From contig NC_068981.1 of assembly GCF_001194135.2 (NCBI RefSeq), positions 103,224,788-103,274,182 of the forward strand: DNA of 49,395 bases, given 5' to 3'. Below the pieces are notes generated by a model. It was not told the origin of the DNA. It made no database searches and saw only the letters and a program-made list of their open reading frames with translations. This stretch comes from Octopus bimaculoides. Taxonomy: Eukaryota. Each line of letters starts with the position of its first letter. The stretch's first letter is position 1. Both the position numbers and the translations under genes were made by a program. Of the stretch, positions 23,071 to 36,358 are shown in pieces.

Positions 23071-23269
23071 GACAGGCAGACAGAGAGAGAAGGGGAAAGA
23101 GAGAGAGAGAGAGATAGAGAGAGAGAAAAGGAGGGGGCGGAAGAGTGGTGGTGTTCTTGATGTGAGAATGGGAAATGTGAAATATTGCTAAAACGTCATT
23201 AAGAGCGCTGCTAATGTCAAGCCAAAGCCCGAATTACATAATGAATTCTTGTAAGGGGTTGTGGGTGGT

Positions 23270-25070
23270 GAGGTGGTGAGGTGGTTAGGCGGGGGTAGTG
23301 AGGTGGGGGTGGATTTATTGTAAGAAGCAAAGCAGTGGCGGCGGCGGCGGCGGAGGCAAATATGGTGGCGGCGGGAATCGATGGAGGCGGAAGTGTAGTT
23401 ATTAGCAGCAATGGCATTAATGGCTAGNNNNNNNNNNNNNNNNNNNNNNNNNNNNNNNNNNNNNNNNNNNNNNNNNNNNNNNNNNNNNNNNNNNNNNNNN
23501 NNNNNNNNNNNNNNNNNNNNNNNNNNNNNNNNNNNNNNNNNNNNNNNNNNNNNNNNNNNNNNNNNNNNNNNNNNNNNNNNNNNNNNNNNNNNNNNNNNNN
23601 NNNNNNNNNNNNNNNNNNNNNNNNNNNNNNNNNNNNNNNNNNNNNNNNNNNNNNNNNNNNNNNNNNNNNNNNNNNNNNNNNNNNNNNNNNNNNNNNNNNN
23701 NNNNNNNNNNNNNNNNNNNNNNNNNNNNNNNNNNNNNNNNNNNNNNNNNNNNNNNNNNNNNNNNNNNNNNNNNNNNNNNNNNNNNNNNNNNNNNNNNNNN
23801 NNNNNNNNNNNNNNNNNNNNNNNNNNNNNNNNNNNNNNNNNNNNNNNNNNNNNNNNNNNNNNNNNNNNNNNNNNNNNNNNNNNNNNNNNNNNNNNNNNNN
23901 NNNNNNNNNNNNNNNNNNNNNNNNNNNNNNNNNNNNNNNNNNNNNNNNNNNNNNNNNNNNNNNNNNGTGGTGGAGGAGGTGGTGGTGGTGGTGGTGGTGG
24001 TGGTAGTGGTGGTGCTAGTGGTGTTAGATTATGTAGAACTAATGACAGTAATAAGGGCTGTATTGGTTGTGGTGGAGATGGTGGTTGTTAGAGGCGATGC
24101 TGGGAGTGGGGGTGGGGGTGTGGACGATAACGATGATGACGATGATGACGATGATGATGACGACGTCGATGATGATGATGCTGATAGTGGTGGTTATATT
24201 AGTAATAGTAGTGTTGGTGGTCGTGGTGGTGGTGGTGCCGGTGGTCGTGGTGCGGGTGGTGGTGGCAATGATGCTGGTGGTAAATGTAGAAATGTTAATG
24301 ATGGAGGTGTTTCAGATGATGATGATGATGATAATACTGACAATAATGGTGATGATGATGATGATGATAATACTGACAATTATGATGATGATGATGGTGA
24401 TGACGATGATGATGATGATGCTGGTTGTGGTGATGGTGGTGGTAGCATCAGTCCAGGTTTTAATTATGATTATGGGGCGATGGTGGTTGTGGAGTCGTTG
24501 TTAGTGGTGGCGATGATAATGTTGGTGGTTGTGGTGGTGGTGGTGCTGGTGGTGGTGGTGGTGGTGGTGATGGTGGTGGTGGTGGTAGTGGCGGTGGTGG
24601 CCNNNNNNNNNNNNNNNNNNNNNNNNNNNNNNNNNNNNNNNNNNNNNNNNNNNNNNNNNNNNNNNNNNNNNNNNNNNNNNNNNNNNNNNNNNNTGGAGGT
24701 GGTGGTGGTGGTGGTGGAGGTGGAGGTGGTGGTGGTCATCAGCGTCGTCGTCGCCGTCGTGGTGGTAACGATGGTGAATGGGGGGGAGTGAAAGTTGTAG
24801 CGAGTATATTGCTAAATGCTGGTGGTGCCATTAGTGGCGAGGCTGATGATAATGCGTGTGACGAGAATGGTGGCGGCGATAGCGGAGGTGACGGCACCGA
24901 TGATAATGGCAATTGTGTGATAATAATGGGGAAGTAAGGTGTGGTAATAACCGTGGTGGAGAGAAGACAATACCGATGAAGATGATGACGATAGCTGTGA
25001 AGGTGGTGGTGTTGGTGGTAATGGTGGTGGTGGTGGGTAGTAATACTAGGAGGTGAAGGAAATGGGTGGT
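23270..25070. repeat. Cryptic simple-sequence region of drifting (GGT)n/(GAT)n/(GGC)n trinucleotides, with two gaps
   Basis: All three frames give homopolymer-rich translations (poly-V/W/G/D/M), the signature of degenerate trinucleotide repeats. Confidence 0.85.
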
Positions 25071-25667
25071 GATAAAATTGGTAAAGTGATAAGAGTGGCG
25101 TAGGAGTTTATGGAAATGATAACAGGGTGGGTGTTGCTATTGGTGATTGCAGCCCTAACTATCACATCCAAGTTTTCCTCATCGTTTATATCTATACACA
25201 CAAACACACACACACACACACACACACATACATACACACACATAAGGGTTCGGATCATAACCCTTTAACTCTGCCGATTGTAACAGGGTACTCCGTAGGG
25301 GTACTGTTGAATACGCCTTATTTNNNNNNNNNNNNNNNNNNNNNNNNNNNNNNNNNNNNNNNNNNNNNNNNNNNNNNNNNNNNNNNNNNNNNNNNNNNNN
25401 NNNNNNNNNNNNNNNNNNNNNNNNNNNNNNNNATATATATATATAGTTTTAGGGAAACTATATATATATAGTTTTAGGGAAAAGAACCAAGGTTCATGAA
25501 CTCATCGATGAAAATCCACTGTCACATAAAAAAATTAATAAAAACAAAACATAAGTATAATATAATACAAAGTAAATATCATAAGATAAAGATAATAAAA
25601 CGACTACACGTGTTTCATAACCAATTTTCAAATAGAAAGAAAATTTAAATCGATTAAAATCGATTAA

Positions 25668-25701
<34 letters not shown>

Positions 25702-26263
25702 CAACATTACCCAATATGTCAGACCGGTTTTAAGATTGTAGGTCTTCATTTAGCTACCATTTGTAACAAATGAAGATACTGCAAAGAAACTAATTTGTGG
25801 GCTGATGTATAAACCTGTTTATTTATGTGTTTGAGGATCAGTAAAATTATGACAGAGAGGTATCCATATGACAAAAGTTAGCAAAGTTATGTTTATTTTC
25901 CTTTCATCAATTTTTAACAAGGCCCTACAACCCATTCTCTGCACTCTTTCTTTCTCCTTTTTCACTTGTCCCACCCACTATTGAAGAATATTTCGTAAAT
26001 AAAGTAATATCTAAACATTTACACGGGCTGTACTTCGCCGATGAGTTAATAATAGAGCCAAAACATCACATATCCAGAGTGGTTTCCATTACTTGCTGAA
26101 AAATATTGAGAATAATATTAGTTATTATGCAATATTGCATAATTATTTCTAGTAAGGCAGCCGGCACTTTCTTACGTTCCCCAGCAGAGTTGTTGTATTA
26201 AACAATAACAACATCATCATCAGCAGCAGCAGCAAACTTACATCATCAGCATCTCAGACTTAC

Positions 26264-26370
26264 TCTTCAAATGGTACTTTAATTTCTGAGAGATTAAGTG
26301 GATCCGGAAAAATCCCTTTCTTTAGATCTCTCAACTGCGTCCAGCACACTACCTGAGCGACTTTCATCAT
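26264..26370 (-). CDS. Candidate first coding segment (MMKVAQVVCWTQLRDLKKGIFPDPLNLSEIKVPFE...) of a minus-strand gene, in a putative exon 26782-26264
   Basis: ATG ATG at 26370, an upstream in-frame stop, and 35 codons plus 2 nt ending exactly at donor GA|GTAAGT (26263). Upstream acceptor tctttctatttttag|CAG at 26782. The region is unique and GC-enriched relative to its flanks. Confidence 0.45.
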
Positions 26371-27056
26371 GCATCCAACTGAGAGCCTAATCTATCCTAA
26401 CTCCACAGGTCGCTAAACGATTGTACATCGAACAGGTGTAGCGAGGAGGAGAATTTTGTTGATATGCATGCATTTTGGCCTGGCCCGGCCGGTGACATTG
26501 CCATATCAGTAGAGTTTGTCCAAAATCAGCACTGCCACATTCCATTCCGTAGCTCTTCCAGGCCAAGAACGACTGAAAGTTTGTATATTCCTCAAGCTAA
26601 ACGGAAAGTATCCAGAAGAAACTTCTGGGTTGACTGTTGTTGATGCCCGGACTATGCTGCATGATATCATTCCTCATGTCTACCACTAACGTTCTATACA
26701 GTGCAAGAGTTGCTTGTCCCTCTAATGAAAGACCGTGGCGACGTTCCGGTCTGCATAACGTTCCCGCAGGACTGCATATCTGCTAAAAATAGAAAGACAC
26801 ATAGAATGGCACCCTGGGAAAAGACGACTACATCTGTTTGACTATATCCAGGAATCTATGTGGAAATCACATCCTCATTAAGTAATTTTGGGGTATCATC
26901 CTTAACTTCGGCACTCCGAGTACTCCGTGTGGAGGGGTTTATGTATAAGTGGATCTTCTGATCAGCAGGTACCATTTATCTCACAGGAAGCTAATAGTAA
27001 GCATTTCAAAGCAAGCCAGAATTGACCTGGTTCAAAAGCACAATGGATATAAGAAT

Positions 27057-27277
27057 ATTTATTCCTTTATTGCCTACAGGAGGGTAAACATAGAGGGGAC
27101 AACCAAGGACAGACAAAGGGATTAAATCGATTACATCGACCCGAGTGCGTAACTGCTACTTATTTAATCGGCCCCTAAAGGATGAAAGGCAAAGTCGACC
27201 TCGGAACGTAACGGCAGACGAAATACCGCTGAACATTTCGTCCGACATGCTAACGATTCTGCCTGCTCGCCGCCCTC
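27057..27277 (-). mobile_element. SINE family F5 (subfamily with a distinct 3' tail), internal deletion
   Basis: ATCGATTACATCGACCCGAGTG...GGATGAAAGGCAAAGTCGACCTCGG...CTAACGATTCTGCC.GCTCGCCGCC. Confidence 0.9.
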
Positions 27278-27420
27278 GGATATGAGAATATTGCCACTAC
27301 GTTATTGTTATCGAAAATGATAGCGGAAGAATAGGAAATTTCCAGAAGTTTACTACTACCACTAGTAATGGAGACCGTGTTGATATTGTTGCTAGCGGAA
27401 ATAGAAAGATGTGAAAAGAT

Positions 27421-27642
27421 ATATTGGTTTCGAATTTTGGCATAAAGTCAGCATGTTCAGGAGAGGGAGTAAGTCAATTACACCGACCTCAGTGTTCTAC
27501 TGGTACTTTACTTTATCAACTCCAATTGGATGAAGCGCAAAGTCGATCCCCGGCTGCATTTGAATTTTGAGCGTAAAGATGGACGAAATGTTGCTAAGCA
27601 TTTTGCGTGGCGTGCTACGTGATTCTGCCAGCTCAGCACCTT
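27421..27642 (-). mobile_element. SINE family F5
   Basis: Same blocks as the other F5 copies (ACTGGTACTT...GGATGAA..GCAAAGTCGA...ATTTGAA...GCTAAGCATTTTG...GATTCTGCCAGCTC). Confidence 0.88.
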
Positions 27643-27726
27643 GGAAAGAACTAGGAATGTTGGCGTTACATTGTTGTTACTGATATCGTAAACGATGGTG
27701 GAAGCATATGGAATTTCAAGAAGTTT

Positions 27727-27745
27727 ACTACTACTACTACTACTA

Positions 27746-27800
<55 letters not shown>
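27727..27800. repeat. (ACT)n microsatellite
   Basis: Directly visible, with one interruption. Confidence 0.97.
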
Positions 27801-27801
<1 letters not shown>

Positions 27802-28179
27802 GCGATGGAAACCGTGTTGGTACTGGCGCTAATGTAAACAAAATGTTTTGAGGAGACATATTACTAAGTATTCATGGTAGTGGATAAAGAATAGTGAATG
27901 TTTGATGAGAGAGTACTTCAGATTAGCCGCGGATAAATCCCGATCATGCGGATCTGTGATGAAAGGTATTCCGGCTATAACTATTACGTCTTTCATTCAG
28001 GCAAACTTTATTTAGGATTCCAGTGTGTGCTTCCTTTCTTTTATATATATTTGTAGTCGATACGAAGGGTGTTTCCAATGAAAACGAAAACCATTTTAAA
28101 AATACATAACTTTCCTAGAAAAGTTAAAGAACCTCGACTCTTCTCCAAACGTTCTTATTTATTGAAAAGTAGGTTTTAT

Positions 28180-28378
28180 TCTTTCTACTGTAGGCACAAA
28201 GCCTAAAATTTTGGGAGAGGGTTGATAACATCAACCCCAGTGCGCAACTGGTACTTTATTTTATTGACCCCAAAACGATGAAAGACTAAATTGTCCTCGG
28301 GAGAATTTGAACTTAGGACGTAAAATCAGAACAAATGCCGGTAAACGTTTTATCCGGCGTGCTAATATTTCGGATACA
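28180..28378 (-). mobile_element. SINE family F5
   Basis: TAGGCACAAAGCCTAAAATTT...ACCCCAGTGCGCAACTGGTACTT...GAATTTGAACT...CCGGCGTGCTAA. Confidence 0.88.
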
Positions 28379-28926
28379 ACTGATATTATTGATATTTGTT
28401 AAATCAAAATTCCATTGTGTACGCAACAAACTCTTTTATAAGTAGTAGAAAAATAATATAACGTGCATTAGTAAGTCTGAAGAGGAGCTAAAGAAATTTA
28501 AAATTGCAAACTTGATTTTTGAAATTGATCATTCAATTATTTTGGTTTGAACTCCTAAACATTCAATCTTACCACTGAAATCATGTTCATATATATATAT
28601 ATGTATATACATACATACATATACATGCACGTGTGTGCGTGTGCGTGTGCGCGTGTGTGTGCGTGTGTGTGTCTAAAGTCACATTAATCCGCGTGAGAAA
28701 ACCCTCCGCTTAAACTGTGAACGACAGATTTGATGTCCATAGCGGAGAAAGTGAAACGACATTGCAATGCATGCACCCTGCAATGTAATGACATCATATC
28801 TACCCTAAATTGTGTTCTCCCACATGTGTAAGAGGAGAATTTTTGTCCAGGACTATATCTGCACCGGAAGATTTTCTCACGTCCGAGTGCACTTGAACAT
28901 GCTAAATGTGATTTTACACACACACA

Positions 28927-28984
<58 letters not shown>

Positions 28985-30666
28985 TACACACACGTAAATA
29001 ATTGATAACAGTTCATGTTCCACTTAAGAGTTTTTGTGCAAGGTAAATGCAAGGTAAATCGTTAGACTAAAAAGAGTAAAACAAAACAGTATTTGAAGCC
29101 TGTACATGTTCATAATGCTCCAGGCGGCTGGACAGGATACCAGTCTCTCGCGAGAGAAATTGTCCGGAGAAGTAATATTTCCTTTCGACACCTATATAGA
29201 CTGCTCTAGTAATAGATTTTAACTCAGTAAATATGATCTTGTAACCTTGTCTCATAAACATCTCGGTCATATCTCGATTCCAGTCAGTTTCTATAATATA
29301 ACATGCCATATTTCTCTGAAAGAAGGTACCTACAGACCTAAAAGTCTTCGGCGTCAGATTGTAATTTCCTACAAAATGTTCTTAGGAGATAAAACTACGG
29401 ATTCTTCAGTGCCTGTGTCTTATAACAACTTACTTTTCAATTGGATCATGGGTTGCTCACCATAATACTCTAGATACGCTGGATAAGCTAGGTTTCCTTT
29501 TGAATGGAAGCTAGTTCCTCAAGGAAGTTGGAACGAGATAAGACATCGGATTACTGTGAGAGACATGTGGATAAGTCAATGTAGGATAAGAAATGTTGTT
29601 ATGAAAAGTAAAACTGAATGAAAATATCGATCTTGCTGTAGTATAATACAGAAGATGTTTGAAAGATAATTCCATTGGTGAAGGTATCTACGTAGCAATA
29701 TTTCCATTTTCTATGTGAAGTTTCCAGACTTCAAGTCTATGTGAGAACCAATTATTATTATCATTACACGGTATTCATATATGATGCAGTAAAATTATAT
29801 TTCTTGTTTTGAAGGAGTACGATTTCGTTGATATTTTTTTCTCTTTTTCCATCAGTCATCCATTATTTAATTTCTTATTATATTACAGTGAAGTTTTTCT
29901 TGAGACGCTTGATATCCATACTGTTGAAGCCTTCCTCTTCTCAGCAAGTGACTTTTAAATTTTCTTCAGGAAGCTCATAATTTGATGGATACTCTCCGAT
30001 GAGCTCATAGTTATTCGAAATTTATTCAATGCATTTCGAACAGAAATAATTTATCCTGGACATAACCTCTACTTTATACGCTATCAGATCATCCCATAAG
30101 CGATGTCATTGATTGTATATACTTTTTTTATTTTCTGCAAATTTCAGAAAGCTAAATATCAGAGAAGATTTATCGTGTTTTGCTCCATAACATAGGCATT
30201 AAACTTTGGTAAATGTCAGGAGACTTGGCGTCATTCAAACACTGCAGGTATATAATGCTTCTGAATTTATATAAGACGAAATATTCAAAAAGTTTCTTAA
30301 GCATGTAAAAAAATAATAAAATGTTGAGTATATTTCCAAAAGTTTATAAGGTTAGATTTGTTTTTTTTTTTTTGATCGGAAAACTTTGCTGAGTTTGTTA
30401 ACGACTTGCCTGCAGCTATATCTGAGAAATGTCCTTCTGTGACCATTCTAGATATGATTAATAAATTTAGTAAATTTACTTCCAACCATTGATATTTGCA
30501 ACAGTGTCTTTAAAAAGCTGGTTGCTTCTGAATTGTCAGCATAACATTTTATAGAATGTTTTGTTTTTCATTCTGTATTTAATTCTTATGAATTTCGAGA
30601 CCAGTTTTTTTTTCTATTCTTTTCTTCTTACATCGTTTCGTGGCAAGTGATAAAATTATGTGAACA

Positions 30667-30828
30667 GGCACAAGCGTGGCTGTATAGTAAGGAGTTTGCT
30701 TCTCAACTACAAGGTTTCGGATTCAGTCCAACTGGGCGGCATCTTGGGCAAGTGTCTTCTACAATAGGCTCGAGGTAACCAAAGCCTTGTGAGTGGATTA
30801 GGCAGACGGAAATTGAAACAAACCTACC

Positions 30829-30912
<84 letters not shown>

Positions 30913-30914
30913 AC

Positions 30915-30958
<44 letters not shown>

Positions 30959-30960
30959 GT

Positions 30961-30999
<39 letters not shown>

Positions 31000-31196
31000 T
31001 GCCTTTGTAGCTGTGTTTATCTGCCCATTGCTTGACAACTGGTTTTGGTGTTTACGTCGCCGTTAACTAGTGGTTCGACAGAAGTACCAAGCTTGAAAAA
31101 AGGCCTGGGGTCGATTCATTTGACTAAAAATTCTTCAACGCTGTGCCCCAGCATGGCCTCACTCTAATAACTGGAACAGCTAGTAGATAAAAGATA
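30667..31196 (+). mobile_element. tRNA-derived SINE family F1, full length, with an internal compound microsatellite (30831-30998)
   Basis: The head aligns with 1-164 (minus). The 3' body (CTTGACAAC...GGGGTCGAT...CCAGCATGGCC...) aligns with 49101-49320 (minus). Confidence 0.9.
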
Positions 31197-31763
31197 TTAT
31201 CGTATAAAAGTCTACCGTTGACAATAAATGATTTTATTTAGAAAGATCACATACATTAAATGCAACAATCAGCCATCTATCTTTGGTAAGTTTCCTTCGG
31301 CATTTGGATGAGTAGAAAATAACCAAAATCTTCAAATCACACATCTTAGTGTCTTTAAAACCGAAAGATGAAAAAAAAAATCATCAGATTTGTCGCAGCT
31401 AAAATACATTAAATTTCAGGTTAATTGGATTAGGGTTGGTTTGAGGCTAAGCAAAAACAACAAAAACAAACAATATGCTGTTGCAATATGAATATGCAAG
31501 TGATATCAGGCAGCTGTAGACTGGACATAACAAACACCGACATATCTAAATCAAGATCATACTGAGGAAACGAATTTCTATGAGTATATAGAAAGTTATT
31601 ATTCACTTTTGCTTTCTCCTTTATTCTCTTTCACTTCGGTATTCTGCTACTAACAGCTTATTCTCTTTAGATGTACAAGCTTTCAAAACTGCTTGTCATA
31701 ACTTTGAAATTACATCAAAATACTCTACACCTGTCTAATCTGCTATTACACACACACACACAC

Positions 31764-31855
<92 letters not shown>

Positions 31856-32880
31856 ATATTAAAGCAAAAACCAGAACAATTCAATTCTCTTTTGGACGCA
31901 TCCACATTATTATAGAATGTACGATGTCCTTTTAAGTATTACAGAATCTTGATATATCAAAACACATTACTTCCTTTCCCAAATGGCAGCTGTCCATGTC
32001 GATATATTGTTGGACATCTAGCCGAAGGCCCGATAGTTCGTTTACTGTCAACGGTGTATTGCTGTCTGTTATTTTGGTCAAGACTAATATACTTAACCAT
32101 TGCTGCTTCACTCGTCTAAGCTGTAAAGAGATACCGCTAGGTATAATGGGACGGGGAAGGGAACTACGTCATAAGTGAAGCGAAAAAATTAACGAGTGTT
32201 TTGCTCACTTGCCGTACTGGATTTATATGTTCATATATTATACATCACGATTCTGTTTCAAATTATTCTTTCAGCACCTTGCTCAAAAACGAAGCATGAT
32301 TGAGATAGACAAAATCTGCTGAAGCGTTCAACCCGAAACATTAGATATTTCTTCCCTCCGTTGCATACTAAGAGAATTCTTTTCTTTATACCAGAAGAGC
32401 TATTGTTGGATATATTTTCTTATTACTACATACTAGGTTTTTCATACATTGAAATATAAAGACAGTTTGGTGACTTTGCAAAGGAGCAAATTCCGTATTA
32501 AATTTCTTCAGCTCATAATATCACCATATTATGAGTGGCACAACGTATGCGCGTTTATAAATTCTAGAGAGAGGCAATTTAGAGAACAACAATCTATCCA
32601 TGTTCGAAATGTTTTAAAAGAGGATTTTCGGAAGAAAGTCATTGATTTATTGATTTTGTTTTGCTATAGGTCGGCTGTGATCTAGTATCCCTACACATGA
32701 AAGCAATTTAAGGCTGTAAACATCCAGCGTATTTTGTTCCGACATAGCGTGTCTGGGATTATATAATTCAATGCACTCTTCCTATCTTCAAGGTGGAATG
32801 GTGAGATTTAACGAGCGCTATCTGCTATTTTTAGAAGGTCAAATAACCACACAGAAGAAATAGGCAAGCACATAGATGGG

Positions 32881-32951
<71 letters not shown>

Positions 32952-33483
32952 TTAGATAGATTGGTAGGTAGGTAAATAGGTAGGTAGGTAGGTAGGTAGG
33001 TAGGTAGGTAGATAAATTGATAGAAGATAGAAAGATAGTTATATACATATATACATATACAGAAAGACAGTAAAATTATAATATGAATTACTTGGTAAAA
33101 TGCTGTTAAAAATTTCTGTCTCTGCCTCGTCATATTGTCACAGTTTGCCAGAAAGTTACTAAAATATACTTTAGAATCATTCAAGCTATGCGCAAAACCA
33201 AGTCTCAGCGGAATTTGAACTCAGCATTCATAGGATTAAAAACTAAACGCAGTAGTAAAAGATTTCACTTTTCTTTAAGAAAACTCACCACACTTGTTGA
33301 ATTAAGTATCTTATTGGCCAAATTATGTTGTTCTTGTGTGCGCTCTGTTGCACTTTCAGTAACGTGCAAAGAGAAATAAAATATCTTCAGTAGGTCAATC
33401 AAGTAATATACAAATAAATGAATGATCATACTGATAAATAAAGAAAGAGAAAAAGGTGACTATGCAGCGTAAATTGTGAATAT

Positions 33484-33496
33484 CGCCGCCATCTTT
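33484..33496 (-). promoter_or_regulatory. YY1-type motif (AAAGATGGCGGCG on the minus strand), possible promoter-proximal site
   Basis: Exact match to the extended YY1 consensus in AT-rich unique DNA; a strong minus-strand donor TG|GTGAGT lies at 33288. Confidence 0.35.
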
Positions 33497-35167
33497 GATT
33501 AAGTTATATCCGCAGAAATCTAAGTTTAACCAAGACATATTATTTGCAATCACATAGCATAATTTCGTTATGCATTTCATGTTTATTTTTATGATTTTCT
33601 ATGTTTGTACTGTTTTCATATTCGAGTATTCATGACTTCATATTCGGTCTAATAATTCTGTTTAATTTCCATAGAATGTACTTTATTAGTATAACAACTG
33701 CGTTCGCATCCCATCATTTCTTGTCTCTTTATGCACGCACAGATGCACTGTTATACATATATATAATATGTAAATTATGTATGATTTACACTCATACACA
33801 CGCAAAGATATATATATATATATATATATATATANNNNNNNNNNNNNNNNNNNNNNNNNNNNNNNNNNNNNNNNNNNNNNNNNNNNNNNNNNNNNNNNNN
33901 NNNNNNNNNNNNNNNNNNNNNNNNNNNNNNNNNNNNNNNNNNNNNNNNNNNNNNNNNNNNNNNNNNNNNNNNNNNNNNNNNNNNNNNNNNNNNNNNNNNN
34001 NNNNNNNNNNNNNNNNNNNNNNNNNNNNNNNNNNNNNNNNNNNNNNNNNNNNNNNNNNNTATATGCATAACGCATACACACAGCACACACACATACATAT
34101 ATCCATTTATTTATTCATATATACATATATAAATTTGTATATATAAAATTATATATATATATATATACATACATATGTATATATATAAATACACATAAAC
34201 ATACACACATATACATAATGCCTACATATATATATATACATACATACATACATATATACGTATCAGCTTATATATTTAATAAGCATATATATGTAATATA
34301 TATAAACTATTTACAGACACGCACACACGTATATATCAATAAACATGTGTGTGTGTGTGTGTGTGTGTGGATATTTATATATGCGTGAGTGAGTGTGAGT
34401 GAGTGTGAGCGGGGTAAGCATGATTGCGCCTTTGTGTATGTACATGTGTATAAGCGTATGAGTAAGAACGAATATGAATATTTATAAAGATATCCAGAAT
34501 TGCATTAGTACATTCTTCACATATCCATAATTTCAAAATCAAAATATTCAATTGATGCCGGCAAAATCATTAACTATGCACAAAACATAGTTATTAATAT
34601 ACTAACTTTTATAGACAAACACACAAGCACACGCATACACATGATATATATATATATATATATATATGCACATGTATGTATATGTATAGACACATCTGGA
34701 TACATATATAAATACTGAAGCAGATACACACACATACAAACTCATATATATATATATATAGGTGTATATGTATATTCACATGTGCGTTGAACGTCACACG
34801 TCTTAATTCGTCTGAATTGAAGCATGCAATCAGAGATGTGCTCAACAAATAACAATCAGTAGAAAATTCCGACCTACGGCACGAAAATAAATGGAACAAA
34901 CTCAAAAAGCCCAGAAGAATTGAGAGAAACAAACATAGATTTAAACGTGGTTTTATATGCATATGTATGCATGTATGTATGTATGTATGTATGTATGAAT
35001 GTATGTATGTATGTATGTATGTATGTATGTATGCATGAATGTATGTATGCATGTATTTATGTATGTTTGTATACATGTATGTATGCATCTATTTATTTAT
35101 CGATATATGTGTGCGTATATAAATATATATATATATAGATAGATAGATATGTATGTATGTATATGTG

Positions 35168-35198
<31 letters not shown>

Positions 35199-35238
35199 NN
35201 NNNNNNNNNNNNNNNNNNNNNNNNNNNNNNNNNNNNNN

Positions 35239-35275
<37 letters not shown>

Positions 35276-35441
35276 CAGAAAGAGAGAGACAGAGAGGGAG
35301 AGACAGAGAGGGAGAGACAGAGATACAGACAGATACGTAGAAAGATAGATTGTTGGATAGAAAGATAGATGCACGTACACACAAACACTCATACGACGAC
35401 ACACACATGCATATGGCTGTTTGCGCGTGTGTATCAGTACA

Positions 35442-35502
<61 letters not shown>

Positions 35503-35878
35503 CTGAAAATATTTATTAATTTCTATCTAACGATATTTAATTCAACTTTTATCCACAAACATATACGTATTTGTATATGTAACCTGTTTAAATATAAAAC
35601 GCACAGCCATTTTATTTATCTATGAATCAATCTAATTTAACAACTTATCTGCGAATCTGCGTAATTTGAATATACATACATGTATACAAGTACTCAGTTA
35701 GACACTCAGGCGCAAATAATCGAATATAAACTCAGACAATTTTGTATTTATATTCACACTTTAGTGTATGCATATTTACATAGTACACACATTTGAATCG
35801 GCATAAATAAACAGAGTGATGTGTTTAATGATAATTATGCATTCCTTTCTCTTTCTCTGCCTTTCTCTCTCTCTCTGC

Positions 35879-35954
<76 letters not shown>

Positions 35955-35994
35955 TATATATATTATATGTATGTGAGTGTGTATGTATACACAT

Positions 35995-36290
35995 ATGGCT
36001 CAGTGGTTAGGGTAGTGTACTCAGGATTGCGAGATCGTGGGTTCAAATCTCAGACCGTGTGTTGCGTTGTGTTCTTGCGCAAAGTACTTCATTTAATGTT
36101 GCTCTGCTATCATCTCGTCATCTGACATGTGGCACACGGTGCACCTATACAGGTAATATCGATTTGATGGAGGGAGCGAGCTTATGTGTACACAAACAAT
36201 TCATCACTATAGCCAAATTATTTGTGTGGTTGTTCGGCGAGAAAGAACCGAACCTACATACGTCGTCTAACAACAGGAGAGTCCATGATG
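35995..36290 (+). mobile_element. tRNA-derived SINE family F4 (diverged)
   Basis: A box TGGCTCAGTGG and B box GGTTCAAATCT, then GTTGTGTTCTTG.GCAAA..ACTTCATTT..TGTTGCTC shared with F3. The 3' limit is approximate. Confidence 0.8.
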
Positions 36291-36358
36291 ATATACATAC
36301 ATAAATATTCTAGAGTACTGGAACCGTCTATAATGATGGATTTATTGTTGATGTAGTT

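Noticed and set aside
23967-24791. 274-aa Asp/Gly/Val-rich ORF resembling an acidic biomineralisation protein
   Set aside because: All frames are homopolymer-rich, the ORF spans an N gap and has no credible start or splice context. It is best explained by drifting GAT/GGT trinucleotide repeats.
25433-25482. Duplicated TATATAGTTTTAGGGAAA
   Set aside because: Lies at a gap edge next to TA repeats; likely a contig-end artefact.
28691-28881. 17-bp imperfect inverted repeat (CGTGAGAAAA...) about 190 bp apart
   Set aside because: Several mismatches, no TSD found and no second copy in the window.
29144-29157. 14-bp palindrome TCTCTCGCGAGAGA containing the vertebrate TCTCGCGAGA promoter motif
   Set aside because: A few 14-bp palindromes are expected by chance in 49 kb, and there is no CpG-rich or promoter context.
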